Shown here piece by piece: positions 38,602-51,941 of a stretch of 64,000 nucleotides of DNA. Below the pieces are notes generated by a model that had not been told where the DNA came from, searched no databases, and saw only the letters and a list, made by a program, of their open reading frames with translations. The stretch lies in NCBI GenBank assembly GCA_964016885.1, contig OZ024741.1, positions 65,348,001 through 65,412,000 of the forward strand. The letters run 5' to 3'. Position numbers and translations under genes: made by a program. Each line of letters opens with the position of its first letter. The stretch's first letter is position 1. The DNA is from Eledone cirrhosa (lineage: Eukaryota).

Positions 38602-39926
38602 TATATTTAGTTTGATTTATATTTATATGGGAAACTAGCCGATAAATCTTTGATTCCTTCTTTTTATTCTTTTATTTTTATTTTTTTATTTTTATTTTAT
38701 TTTTATTTAAACATTCCTCATGAAAAATTAAGCTACCCTAAAAGCTGATGCTCCAAATATTTCGAATAAACGTATTTCTATATTAAATATAAGAACACAT
38801 GTAGACCAAATTGGGCATCCTAAACTTTTTGAAATGATCTTTGCTAGATGTGATTTGATAGATAATTTTTGGCTTTGTCTGTTTTTCGACTCTGATGCTT
38901 ATAATGAACTTGGCAATATATTGTCAATTAATTTTGAAGGGTTGATCTTTGTGGTTTATTTTTATTTTTTATTATTGTAGTATTTTCTAATATTTTTATT
39001 TTTAATATTTTTAATATGTAAATTTTTTAATATGTAATATTTTAATAATATTCTTTCGTAATATTTTTTATTTTTTTAGTTTTCTATTTTATTATTACTT
39101 ATTATTATTATTGTTATTTTTTAGTTTTGTTTCTGATATATATTTTTATTAGTATATTGAAATCTGCTCTCTATTTCTGCTTGATAGATAATCTTGTAGG
39201 GTAAAGACAGGAATAATAATACACATATATGTATACTCAAATTTTTATACCACATTGAGAATGTTTTCCGTGAATCTAGGATTTGCAGAGTTGATCATGT
39301 AGATTCACATGGATGTTTGTAACTATCACATAAACATATGAATTTTTTAAAAAAACTAAACATAAGATCATTAATTTTCACACACTATAGATACTTGTCT
39401 CATTCAGGAATACTGATATTTACAATATAGTGGATGTTTTATAAATATTAATACCTCTACATTAAAACATAGGGTTTTTACGCCTCGCATATATCTGGTT
39501 ATTTTTAAATTTTTTCTCTCGCTATATTTTTTCTCTCTTTATATATCTCCCTTACATTAATACTAGAGCTAAATAAATAAATAAATAAATAAATGTATCA
39601 TTGATACATTTACTCAACAGACCTCCCACTACCTAATTTTCTATATATATATGTACCTATCTCTATTTCCTCTCTCTCTCTATATATATATCTCTTTCTG
39701 TTTCTTTACATGAAGTTCTTCTCTTTATCTATCTTTCCATCTCTCTATTTTGTTCCATGCATTTCTTCTTCTTCTTCCTTTTCTTCGTTTTCTGTCTTTC
39801 TTTCTTTTTTCTCTCTTTCTTTCTCTCTGTGTACAATTTTTTTCACTGCCAAATCAACCTCTTCAAATGCAAGTCGATGTTGTTACGGTATGTCGAATCT
39901 ATTTATCTATAAAACTGTTTATATTG

Positions 39927-39992
39927 TATTTTGTCTGAGGAAGGCATAGCATATTGTTAATATGATATCCCTGAAATATATATAATGAAATA
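39927..39992 (+). ncRNA. Type I hammerhead ribozyme motif in Penelope 3' end
   Basis: UAUUUUGU-CUGAGGA-[AGGCAUAGCAUAUU guu AAUAUGAUAUCCCU]-GAAA-UAUAUAUA-AUGAAAUA. Stem I 8 bp including two G-U, stem II 12/14 paired, palindromic stem III, AUA cleavage triplet. Confidence 0.65.
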
Positions 39993-40135
39993 AATATGGT
40001 TTTATAAATATAGTTTCCATTTATTTAATATTGTATATATATATATATATATATATTATAGTTGCGACAAAAAACAACGTGGAAGCGAAGAGGCAGTACA
40101 AATGTTAATATTAGTTTCACGCTTGAGAGTGTGGG

Positions 40136-40167
40136 ACGACGTTTCGGGCATGAGCCCTTCATCAGTA
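40136..40167 (-). ncRNA. Minimal hammerhead ribozyme motif in a second Penelope-type terminus (about 40058-40230, -)
   Basis: CUGAUGA-A-GGGC-UCAU-GCCC-GAAACGUC. Homologous to 4026-4058. Stem I not evident. Confidence 0.55.
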
Positions 40168-41123
40168 GAAAAATGGACAGGAAAAGAGTTCTGAGGGGGG
40201 GGGGATTAAAAAAAAAGGGGGGGGGGGTATATAAACTGTACATGTGTATTATTATTAGTAGGTCACCAATACGAAACTAAGAAATAAATTAAAAACACTA
40301 TTTGAACAGCAGTAATACATAATTTTTTAACTAACAAAACTTTAAGATCATTCAACAAGTTTCCACATTGGAGGGGCTTAAGCCCCTTAGCGCTAGAAGA
40401 CTTGTTTTTAAGACAGCAGTGTGAGGTTTTGGGTAGATTTGAATACTAATCCTAACCAGATTGGGCAATTAGGTAAAGGCTTCTTCATTATATATGGTTT
40501 TTAATTTAAGCACAAGGCCAGCAATTCGAGGGCAATGAAATCGACATCTAGTACTTGATTGGTACTTTAGTTTATCGGTATCGAAAAGATGAAAGGCAAA
40601 GTTGACCTCGTCGGGATTTGAACTTAGAACGTAAAGAGCTAGGATAAACATGGCAAAGCTCTAGCGATCCTCCTAATCCACCACCCATTCTCCCTCACTA
40701 TAATAAAAGCTAGTTAAAGTTGTAACGCATCATTTCTCGTCTTTTGTTTGACTTTAGAGAATAGGTGTATAATTTTCATAGTATATCATCTAAATCTAAT
40801 TTATCGTCCCTGTTGGTGCAAAGTACGGCTTGTTTGATTAAACATTCCAATCTAGGGTACAACCTTCCAAGGAAGAACAGACATTCTGACACTCAGAGAA
40901 AGACGTCACATATATAATCAAGATACCGAACAATACTTATAACACATCCTACAGAAGCCAATGATAGAATATTTACGTGGTTACATGATCTACTAGAAAT
41001 AGTAGTCTAATCTGCTTTAAATCACACGCTACTGTCTTTAAAAGAGCACGCTGAGTGTTGTGGTCGTGGGTTCATTGCAAATAAAGATCTGATGGTTATG
41101 ACTTGAATTCCTTTGATCATAGG

Positions 41124-41440
41124 CAGGGTTAGATTTAGACCTTAAGGGGGCCTAGGGCACTTCAGGTTGGGGGGGGGGGGAGGGCTCATACACAAAATAT
41201 TAGAATACACAGCAACCCCCACCAATTTTACATATCAAAGTTAGCTTGGCGCAAGTAATTGGAATTGGAAAGTTATACATACAGGTATTAAATTCAAAAA
41301 TTCTAACCACCCTAAAACTAAAAAGCCCAGCTGAGGGCACAAATAAATTGCTACGGCCGTTGTTGGTGCCCTCCCCCTCACTGCAGGAGGCCCGGGGCCA
41401 TTGCCCTATTTGCCCCCACCCCTATTAAGTCCGGCCCCGA
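41124..41440. mobile_element. hAT-like MITE family B
   Basis: Termini cagggttagatttag / ttaagtccggccccg. Body shared with 14748-14925 and 42465-42690. Confidence 0.65.
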
Positions 41441-41595
41441 TCAAGCAAAAATAAACTGAGGATAAACAATATGATGGCTGCCCTGTTTAACACCAGAATC
41501 TGATCCTACATTACCTTCAGTAGAGTTCACTCTGTTGCAAGTATTCAGGGCAGGTGTCTGGTCTGAGGATAACTTCCGCCCAACAGTCTCGGAGG

Positions 41596-41761
41596 CAGTG
41601 CCGGATTTACCCTTGTATTTAGGTGTGCTTACGCACAGGGCTCCGTTGGCCAGAGGGGCTCATCTTCCCGCCCCAAAAAATGTTTACGATGCATTTTTCA
41701 AATGTCTGCGGCCTCATAACTTAACTAGCATAGGGCCTCATTAGTCTTATATTCGACACTG
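41596..41761. mobile_element. hAT-type MITE family A
   Basis: TIR cagtgccggattta / tatattcgacactg, eroded TSD ctcggagg/ctcgcggg. Confidence 0.7.
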
Positions 41762-43200
41762 CTCGCGGGCTCTGAAAATGATCACGAGTTCTACTCTTTC
41801 TCCCCTCACAAAGTCATAATACACAAATACTTGTTCAAAGCACTCTATCTTGACTTTAAAAAATAAATGACACATAATATAGTCCTATAAATCCTCGCTG
41901 CCAGCCAAAATAAAAGGCGATGGTTACTGAACTGGAATTGAGCTTAGATATGATCAAAGACTGGGATATCTTTGATCATACGTGAATTATTATTGCATAA
42001 CTCCATTGATCATAGGTAATACGTTCTAGCTTTTGATCATAGGTAAGTCCAACCAAGAATTGATCTAACAACTTTAAAAATAGACAAAATAATCGAGCCA
42101 ACGAAAAAGAAACCAGACAACCGTTCGTCATACTTAATAATAGACAAATCTCTCTTAAAACACGCTGGAGGATCTTTAAAAATTGAAGGACAAATCGGAT
42201 AATGCAGTCTAAGATATATTTACTTTACAGCTGCCACTTGCAATCAAGTATAACTTGATATTATGTACCATGGCAGTCGTGAGAGGACACAGATTTAGCC
42301 TGGTTCTTTCTTTATCGGTTCCAAGAGAATGAAAAGCGAAGTAGACCTTCGCAAGTTTTGAACTTTCCTAGATATTCTATGGATGTTAAAAAAACAAAAC
42401 AATCGCAGCCAATTCGCCTTTGATTTTATATATATATATATATATATATATGGAAAATAAAATTACAATACACAGCAACCCCCCCCCCCCCATTTTACAT
42501 ATCAAAGTTAGCTTGGTGCAAGTAATTGGAATTGGAAAGTTATACATACAGGTATTAAATTCAAAAAACCTTAACTATGCTAAAACTAAAAAAACTCGCT
42601 GAGGGTACAGCCATCGCTGGTGGGATCCCCCACTGCATGGGGCCAATGGAAATTGCCCCTTTGTCCCCCCCCCCCCTCATTATATCCTTGCCCGCAAACA
42701 AATATCACATATCCCTTCTAAGAATGTAAATAAATTTCATGAAATTGTTAATTTTTTAAATCTATCTCCTATTATTTATTTATTGAGAATCGCTAATAAT
42801 TACTGCAACGTTGTTTTCTTTCTCCAACTAAAAGGAAAAATGTTCACGCGAGAATCTTTTGAATGCGTCATTCAGTACTTCATATGTTCGTGGTCGTTTA
42901 TGTGGTGTATGTATGTGTGTATGTATGTATGTATGTGTGTGTATGTGTGTATGTATGTGTGTATGTATGTGTATATGTATGTATGTGAGTGCATGTATGT
43001 ATGCGTGTGTATGTGTGTATGTATGTGTGTATGTATGTATGTGTGTGTATGTATGAATGTATGTGTGATATTCCTATGTGTGTATTAGAGTACCAGCGCT
43101 TCTAAAAATAGATTATTTACGCGCATACACACATACACACACACACACATACATACACACACACACACACACACACCATTACCACCACCACCACCACACA

Positions 43201-43235
<35 letters not shown>

Positions 43236-43754
43236 GTGTGTGTGTATGGTGGTGGAGTCGTATGCATTTATGTATGTGTTTGTGGTAGTCATGTATGAAC
43301 ATATTTGTTTGGTACGAACTTTTGCATGGATGCACAAATGCTAGACGGTATTTCACAATAATCAATCACTCTACACAATCATCACCATCACCATTACCAC
43401 CACCACCACCACCACCACCATCTTCCTTACCACCACTCCACCACCATTATTATTATAATCTCCATCACCACCGCCGATGTCGTCGTCATCATCATCATCA
43501 TCTTCGTCATCATTGCTACAACAAAAACAAGCTAACGTGGTTGCTCGACCTGTAAGAAACAACAACCAAATCACTCTCGAATCAACCTACACCTACTCTT
43601 CATAATAATGTATACTGCTATGTTTCAATAAAAGATGAGATGGTCACGGTTGAAGCGCTTTTGATTATATATGTCTATTAGATCAATGCAAACCTGGTTG
43701 GGGGTTGCACGAAAATAACATCAACAACAAACAAAACAGAGAAACACCAATGCG

Positions 43755-43813
<59 letters not shown>

Positions 43814-44667
43814 TCTCTCTTTATGACACACACTCACGCTCTCTCTCACACACACACTAACACACACACTAACACACATACTCTCACACACATACTCTCT
43901 TTCTCTCTCTCTCACATTCTCTCTTTCTCTCTCACCCCCCCCCCCCCCTCTCTCTCTCTCTCTCACACACGCACACACATACTCTCTCTCTCACTCCCTC
44001 TCTCTCTCACACACATACCCATACTCTCTCTCTCTCTCTCTCTCACACACACATACTCTCTCTCTCACTCCCTCTCTCTCTCTCACACACACACATACTC
44101 TCTCTCTCTCACACACACATACTCTCTCTCTCTCAACCCCCTCTCTCTCTCACACACACACGGCTTTCATACTTCAGAATACGTGAGTAATTTGGTTGTA
44201 TTGCTAGTATACGCATAATTGTAGGCGTTCTGCCGGTGTGATCGATAAATCAAATGAAATTGGTTACAAATAAAATGCCTTAAGATGATCTCCGCCATCA
44301 CCAGCAGCACCACCGGCACTCCCATCACCATCACCACAGCATCATTACACCACCACCACAACACCGCCACCACCACCACCACTGCCACCACCATTACAGC
44401 ATCAGCAATGATGACAACAAGGAAAATACCAACAACACCTGCACACTATAGCAACACTGAAAAATTACCTTTTTCATTACAACTACATCAAACTAACGAC
44501 GGAGCCTCTACGTAGTCATTTAACCAGGTAGAAATAACAGTCAAATCTCCCTCAAATTGCCTCGCTTCCTGTGGTCTTAGAGAAAGAAAAGACACGGTGA
44601 TTAATTTATCTTAGGTCTGCTCCATCAAGGCTGAGCTGGGGGCTAAAAACAACAATCACATCATCAC

Positions 44668-45181
44668 TTATACTATACATGCACTTTTGATGAGTTGTAG
44701 TGCACCTGAGCACTGTACACAATAATTACGTCCCTTTACGGTTTGAGTTCAAATCCCGTCGAGGTTAACTTTGCTTTTCATACTTACGGGGTCGATAAAA
44801 TAAAGTACCAGTGATGTACTGGGTAATTGCTGGCCTTGTGCCTAAAGTAGAAACAATTATTATTATCATTATCATTACAAAGGGTGGTGGATAGGCAACA
44901 TTGGTCGGACACCATGCTTTGCAGTATTTAGTTACGGCCCTTTACGTTCTGAGTTCAAATCCCGCCGAGGTTAGCTTTACCTTTCATCCTTACGAGGTCG
45001 ATAAAATAAAGTACCAGTAATGCACTGGGGTCGATTTAGTCGACTTTCCGCTTCCCTTCAAATTGCTGGCCTTGTATCAAATGTAGAAACAATTATTATC
45101 TTTCGGGGTAGATAAAATAAAGTACCAGTAATGCACTGGTCAATAGCTGGCCTTGTGCCAAAAGTAGAAACAATTATTATC
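44668..45181 (+). mobile_element. Cluster: CR1-type LINE 3' tail followed by three head-to-tail SINE copies (truncated, full, truncated)
   Basis: Tail ttgatgagttgtagtgcacctgagcactgtacacaataat, then SINEs at about 44725-44862, 44881-45100 and 45103-45181. Confidence 0.75.
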
Positions 45182-46146
45182 TTTACTAGTACCAACATCA
45201 ACCCTATTACAGTAACAAAACTATCAACCAACGTCATAACCAGCCAAGTCAACTGAGATCAAAGACGTTACAGTCGTGACCATCCTATTTCTTTTCATAT
45301 ATAGGACTACATTATACAATGTATTCTTCCTTTTTTCAAGGGTGCGATTCAAGGGTTGTGGCTGCTATTTCTTGCAGGTCAAGTAACCACTTAGAGGCTC
45401 AGTCTTTATCGCGTAAAAAACAAACAAACAACTAAAAGATACTACCACTAATACTACCACAATTGTTTCAACTAGCATTAATAAAATACTACCACTGCTA
45501 ACTATTACTACCACAACCGCCACCACAGCAATCAGAACAATACTATTGATTATCACCACTACCACCACCACCACAACTGCTTGTCTACCACGAAAACATC
45601 ATCTACAATCATCCCTACTAACTATCGTTGCGACCACCACCACCACCACCACCACGAAGAGATCAACACCGGACCGCCGACGTCACCACCATCATCTCAA
45701 AGTCCATCTTCACAATGAGTACCACCAGCATCACCATAAAGTCCACCTTCACCACCACCACCATAATCATCATCACTGTAACCACCATCATCATAAAAAT
45801 CTACCTCCATCATCGCGACCTTCACCATCAGGTTCACCTTCCCTATCACCACCATCATAATAACCATCACAAGGTTTGTCACCACTACTACCACAATAAA
45901 GTCCACCTTCACTGTAACCATCATCACCACCATCATAATAGCCACCTTTACTCTCACCAACACCACCAACACCACCACTACCACCGCCGCCGTCACTACT
46001 GCCAGCAGAAGTCGAGTTTTCTCGTTCTATTTATAGCTACAATTTTGGGCGAAGTCATGCTACTTATAGGTCTTTCTTTCTATATATACATATATATAGC
46101 ACAGTAAAGCTATCACTGGTTTGTGAAGGTCACGTGGTGGTGGTGG

Positions 46147-46364
46147 TCACAGTGGTGGTAGTAGTGGTTGTGATAGTAATGTGGTGAAGGTGGTGGTGGT
46201 GGTAGTGGATGTATTGGGGGACGGCGATGATGATGGTAGTGGGATGGTGGAATGGTGGATTGGTGAGGAGTGTGGCCCTCGTGATGGAGGTGGTATAGGA
46301 GGCGGGGCGGGATCGAAGTAATGTTCGAATTTTACATCTGTAGCACCTGACTGGCATTTCGTTT
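46147..46364 (-). CDS. Candidate terminal coding exon (Pro/Ser/Thr-rich) of an unidentified gene
   Basis: Polypyrimidine tract then acag| acceptor at 46365/46364. Frame (E)TKCQSGATDVKFEHYFDPAPPPIPPP...LLPPL*. The 3' half is low complexity. Confidence 0.35.
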
Positions 46365-46488
46365 CTGTGTTCAAGAGAGAAGGAGAAAGAGAGAGAGGCT
46401 AGACTTGTCTAAGCTTAGCTCAACAGATCGATATGTGTGTGTGCACGCAAGATGCGGGTTGACGTGCATTTGGGAACGTGTGTAAGTT

Positions 46489-48365
46489 AGTTGGCTGGTT
46501 TGGTGGTTGGTAGGCTAGCTTGGTGGCTAGTTTGGTGGTTGGTAGGCTAGCTTGGTGGCTAGTTTGGTGGTTGGTAGGCTAGCTTGGTGGCTAGTTTGGT
46601 GGTTGGTAGGCTAGCTTGGTGGCTGGTTTGGTGGTTGGTATGCTAGCTTGGTGGCTAGTTTGGTGGTTGGTAGGCTAGCTTGGTGGCTAGTTTGGTGGTT
46701 GGTAGGCTAGCTTGGTGGCTAGTTTGGTGGTTGGTAGGCTAGCTTGGTGGCTGGTTTGGTGGTTGGTATGCTAGCTTGGTGGCTGGTTTGGTGGTTGGTA
46801 GGATAGCTTGGTGGCTGGTTTGGTGGTTGGTAGGATAGCTTGGTGGCTAGTTTTGTGGTTGGTAGGATAGCTTAGTGGCTGGTTTGGTGGTTGGTAGGCT
46901 AGCTTGGTGGCTGGTTTGGTGGTTGGTAGGATAGCTTGGTGGCTAGTTTGGTGGTTGGTAGGATAGCTTAGTCGCTGGTTTGGTGGTTGGTTGGATAGCT
47001 TGGTGGCTGGTTTGGTGGTTGGTAGGATAGCTTAGTGGCTGGTTTGGTGGTTGGTAGGCTAGCTTGGTGGCTAGTTTGGTGGTTGGTAGGCTAGCTTGGT
47101 GGCTAGTTTGGTGGTTGGTAGGCTAGCTTGGTGGCTAGTTTGGTGGTTGGTAGGCTAGCTTGGTGGCTGGTTTGGTGGTTGGTATGCTAGCTTGGTGGCT
47201 GGTTTGGTGGTTGGTAGGATAGCTTGGTGGCTGGTTTGGTGGTTGGTAGGATAGCTTGGTGGCTAGTTTGGTGGTTGGTAGGATAGCTTAGTGGCTGGTT
47301 TGGTGGTTGGTAGGCTAGCTTGGTGGCTGGTTTGGTGGTTGGTAGGATAGCTTGGTGGCTAGTTTGGTGGTTGGTAGGCTAGCTTGGTGGCTAGTTTGGT
47401 GGTTGGTAGGATAGCTTAGTGGCTGGTTTGGTGGTTGGTAGGCTAGCTTGGTGGCTGGTTTGGTGGTTGGTAGGCTAGCTTGGTGGCTAGTTTGGTGGTT
47501 GGTAGGATAGCTTAGTGGCTGGTTTGGTGGTTGGTAGGCTAGCTTGGTGGCTAGTTTGGTGGTTGGTAGGATAGCTTGGTGGCTGGTTTGGTGGTTGGTA
47601 GGATAGCTTAGTGGTTGGTAGGCTAGCTTGGTGGCTGGTTTGGTGGTTGGTAGGCTAGCTTGGTGGCTAGTTTGGTGGTTAGTAGGATAGCTTGGTGGCT
47701 GGTTTGGTGGTTGGTAGGCTAGCTTGGTGGCTGGTTTGGTGGTTGGTAGGATAGCTTAGTGGTTGGTAGGCTAGCTTGGTGGCTGGTTTGGTGGTTGGTA
47801 GGCTAGCTTGGTGGCTAGTTTGGTGGTTGGTAGGATAGCTTGGTGGCTGGTTTGGTGGTTGGTAGGATAGCTTGGTGGCTGGTTTGGTGGTTGGTAGGAT
47901 AGCTTGGTGGCTAGTTTGGTGGTTGGTAGGTTAGCTTGGTGGCTGGTTTGGTGGTTGGTAGGATAGCTTGGTGGCTGGTTTGGTGGTTGGTAGGCTAGCT
48001 TGGTGGCTGGTTTGGTGGTTGGTAGGCTAGCTTGGTGGCTGGTTTGGTGGTTGGTAGGATAGCTTGGTAGCTAGTTTGGTGGTTGGTAGGCTAGCTTGGT
48101 GGCTGGTTTGGTGGTTGGTAGGATAGCTTGGTGGCTGGTTTGGTGGTTGGTAGGCTAGCTTGGTGGCTGGTTTGGTGGTTGATAGGCTAGCTTGGTGGCT
48201 GGTTTGGTGGTTGGTAGGATAGCTTGGTGGCTGGTTTGGTGGTTGGTAGGCTAGCTTGGTGGCTAGTTTGGTGGTTGGTAGGCTAGCTTGGTGGCTGGTT
48301 TGGTGGTTGGTAGGCTAGCTTGGTGGCTGGTTTGGTGGTTGGTAGGCTAGCTTGGTGGCTGGTGG
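46489..48365. repeat. 32-bp minisatellite, about 58 units (tggtggttggtagg(c/a)tagcttggtggct(a/g)gtt)
   Basis: Period 32 by direct inspection, with a few recurrent variant positions. Confidence 0.95.
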
Positions 48366-48429
48366 TTCAGCTGACTTGATTGACTTCAAAAACAGTTGAT
48401 TGTAGATTGCAAACCTTCTATCTTCTCTG

Positions 48430-48690
48430 ATTACCACCACCACCACCTTATACCTTCTACTAACATCACCACAACCACCACCACCATCATCACCACCACC
48501 ATCATCATTACCACCACCTTATACCTTCTACTAACATCACCACAACCACCACCACCATCATCACCACCACCATCATCATTACCACCACCTTATACCTTCT
48601 ACTAACATCACCACAACCACCACCACCATCATCACCACCACTATCATCATTACCACCTCCTTATACCTTCTACTAACATCACCATCACCT
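48430..48690. repeat. 71-bp tandem repeat, about 3.5 units
   Basis: ttataccttctactaacatcacc starts at 48448, 48519, 48590 and 48661. Confidence 0.85.
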
Positions 48691-48800
48691 TATCATACTT
48701 TCTACTGACCTCGATAATATTGATTTTTGATTTAATAATCTATTTATTTAATTATTTATATAAGACACTAGACATTCAAATGATAGGAAAGGGGAATAAG

Positions 48801-48983
48801 CAGGGTTAGATTAACTATTAATAAACATATGCTTAGGGCATCAAAGGAAGGGAGACACCATTTTATTCAAATTAAATCCATTTGTCTATAATTCTTTTTG
48901 AAGGGAGGGGGCATATTTATATATATGATGGGCAACATAATCTTTTAGGTGCTAAGGGTCTCAAAAGGGTTAATCCAGCCCTG
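48801..48983. mobile_element. hAT-type MITE family C, 8-bp TSD
   Basis: TIR cagggttagattaa / ttaatccagccctg, TSD ggaataag/gaaataag. Confidence 0.75.
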
Positions 48984-49244
48984 GAAATAAGGATTATGTG
49001 TTGTTCATCAATGTTTTTTTTCTTTTCTGTAGAATATCTATCATGGTAGGAAGGGATTTGAATGGACAAGTGTGAATGGTTTTGAGGGAGTCCATGAGAA
49101 CTATGAGTATGATGTCATCAGCATCAGCATGGGTTAGATGGGTCATCCACGTCGGGAGACAAGTCTGGCCAGAATTGGACATGCTGTACCTTACTCTGAT
49201 GGGACTGTAAATTTGGCCAGGGATTTTACAGCTGGATGCCCTTG

Positions 49245-49600
49245 AAGAATAAAAAGGGTGAAAGGATTTGGGAGTTTGCTGATGGAGCTGAAATGTAAAT
49301 GTTGATCTGTAACACCCAATTCTAGAAGGAAGACAATAAACTCACTATGTCACATTAACTATGTCTTCTGTTGACACCTGATAGTACATAGGATGTGATA
49401 TGAATAATCTTCATGAAACAAGAGTAATTATAGGGAAGGAGGAGATTGTTACACAGAGCCATCTAGTTGTTTGTGATCTGAAGCTGAAAGTGAAAAGAGA
49501 CCTTAGTGGGGAAAATATCAACCAAGGTTGAAGGTGTTGAGGTTAAAAGAAGCAACAGTGAGAGAGGCTATAAGAGAGAAATTGAATATGTTATAAGATA
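49245..49600 (+). mobile_element. Degenerate RTE-like LINE APE endonuclease fragment
   Basis: NKKGERIWEFADG, ICNTQF.KED, EEIVTQSHLVVCDLKLK. Confidence 0.55.
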
Positions 49601-49682
49601 ACACAAATGAACTTGAGTGTTTGGAAGTCTCTAAAATGATATATAGTTTCATCTTTTTAAGAGCTGTGAAAATTATCTTTAA

Positions 49683-50062
49683 CCCATTACTATTTAAACT
49701 AGCTGTATTCGGCCAGATTTCTCCCACTTTCTTTCTTTTCAAACTGGTCGTAACCGGCCGTTGATACTAATGTTAAGGTATTGTCCTCATTTGGCACAAG
49801 GCCAACAATTATCCCAGTGTATTACTAGTGCTTTATTTTATCGACCCTATAAGGATGAAAGGCAAAGTTCACCTCGGCGGGATTTGAACTCAGACCATTA
49901 AGGGCCGACTCTTTGCCTCTACCAATACTGCCAATCCACCGCCCTCAAAATAAATAATATCAAATTCTCATAGATTTGATATTATGAGAGATCATTTTGT
50001 GAGGTAAAGCCTTTACAGGGAAAACACAATAGTAAATATAGAGTAATGTAAATTGTAAAGGG
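49683..50062. mobile_element. piggyBac-like MITE (TTAA|CCC...GGG|TTAA) with nested SINE (~49790-49945)
   Basis: TTAA at 49679-49682 and 50063-50066. Body shared with three other copies. Confidence 0.75.
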
Positions 50063-51045
50063 TTAAAACTTAGCCAACAAAGATCTAAAGTGTATATGAA
50101 ATTAAGTGTTTCACAAAACAGGTATGGATCTTTCAGGTATTCCATACATGTTTATAGAAGTTTCTAGCTTAGGTGCAACATTAACAGCTTGGGTATCATC
50201 TCTATCTTTCAGACTCAAGCTAGGTTTTCAAAATATTCTGTTGCATGAAAAGTAAGCATCTAATCACTAATTTTTGATGATTATCTTTTTTGATTTACAA
50301 CACCTTTGATCTTTCTTTTTCATCCAAATATAGTTTCTTATTACTATTTTTCTCCGTGGCTTTCCTTACATTAAAAAACCCCAAAATCTATGATTTTAGG
50401 CAATATTAACAATAGAGATAATTTGATCAAGGGATTTTGCCAATCCTTTAAAATGAACTAACGAAACTATTTCAATTATTTTCCTCATTACTGATACTAT
50501 CTGTTGGTAGCAACTTCTGGCAGAAGTGACGTTTATTTTTTTTTCTGGTGACAGGAGACAGGATTTAAACTCAGAATGCACAGAGCTAGATGTTTTAACA
50601 ATTTCCCTTCCTCTAGATTGCTACTTAATTTATCGATATTGAAAGCATAAAACACAAAGAGTGCAGAGAATGGAACATAAACTGCAAATCATTATTTATG
50701 ATGCTGCTAATAACTTTCAATTAGCTGATATGATATAACGCCTTTGGAGTAAAATTAAAAAATAATCTAAAAATTGTCTTTGCAATATATGTTGGACATT
50801 AGGTTACTACTAGATAATAATAAATTGAATACCAGTGTTTTATGTGATGGAGATAGTATACCAGAGGTTCATGAAGCAATTATATCTTTGTTTATGTCAC
50901 AATTGACAGTTCGTGACAAGAATTTGTTGTTATAATTTGATTTGAGGCTATTCTTTCTTTTAAGTTATCAACAAACGAGTTGTGTATATGCACACTCATT
51001 TCTTTTATATTACATGAAATAGTTCACTTGCTATCTTAATATATA

Positions 51046-51243
51046 TATTTCTTTATTTGCCACAAGGGCACACAAGGAAAGGGGACAATACAAGGACATA
51101 TGCCGGGGATTTTACATACAATCGTGTAAAAAAAAGTTTTAAACAAACAAATTCAACAATCGAAATCCCCAATAGGGGGGAGGCATTACAAATGGGTTGT
51201 TTAATACCCTGTAGATAGAACAACCCTCAACTCCAGGAGCATG
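51046..51243 (-). mobile_element. Short 5'-truncated non-LTR retroelement 3' end with perfect 20-bp TSD
   Basis: TSD acttgctatcttaatatata at 51026-51045 and 51244-51263. aataaa near the 3' end on the minus strand. Confidence 0.7.
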
Positions 51244-51306
51244 ACTTGCTATCTTAATATATAACTAGTCGACCAGTGATGTCAGTAATGATAGCCAGAG
51301 CATTAA

Positions 51307-51510
51307 CCCTTTAGCATTTAAACCAGCCGTATCAGTCAGAATCTTCTCACCTCTTTCTGTTCAAACCGGCTGTAACCAGCTTCTCATACTGATGTCAAGG
51401 TATTGTTCTCAAAATAAATAATATCAAAATCTCATAGATTCTATATTATGTGAGATAATTATCTGAGGTAAATCCTTTACAATGAAGATATAATAGTAAA
51501 TATAGAATAA
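51307..51510. mobile_element. piggyBac-like MITE, right end lost at a SINE
   Basis: ttaa|ccctttagcattt start and shared body. Confidence 0.7.
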
Positions 51511-51514
51511 TAAT

Positions 51515-51940
51515 AATAATGTTTCTACTTTTGACACAAGGCCAGCAATTACCCCAGTGCATTACTGGTGCTTTATTTTATCTACCCCATAAGTATGAAA
51601 GGTAAAGTTAACCTAGGCAGGATTTAAACTCAGAATGTAAAGGGCCATAACTATGCTGCAAAGCATGGTGTCTGATGCTCTACCGATACTGCCAAACCAC
51701 TGCCCGAATAATGAAAATCCTTATATTATACAGTGTGTATATAGTATATAGAATAATTGTTTTTACTTTTGGCACAAGGCCAGCAATTATCCCAGGGTAT
51801 TACTGGTACTTTATTTTATCGACCCCGTAAGGATGAAAGGCAAAGTTAACCTGGGCGGGATTTGAACTCAGTCCGTAAAGGGACGTAACTACACTGCAAA
51901 GCATGGCATCCGACCCTCTACCGATACTGCCAATCCACCA
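51515..51940 (-). mobile_element. Two adjacent full-length SINEs (about 51515-51705 and 51752-51940)
   Basis: Family head, core and tail in both. Confidence 0.8.
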
Positions 51941-51941
51941 A

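Larger units (their letters stand above)
36910..40033 (+). mobile_element. 5'-truncated Penelope-like retroelement with long AT-rich 3' UTR, bounded by (TA)n at both ends
   Basis: Contains the RT+GIY-YIG ORF and a hammerhead motif near the 3' end. Confidence 0.85.

Noticed and set aside
45546-46107. His/Thr-rich ORFs
   Set aside because: (CAC/CAT)n low-complexity sequence open in several frames, with no splice support.
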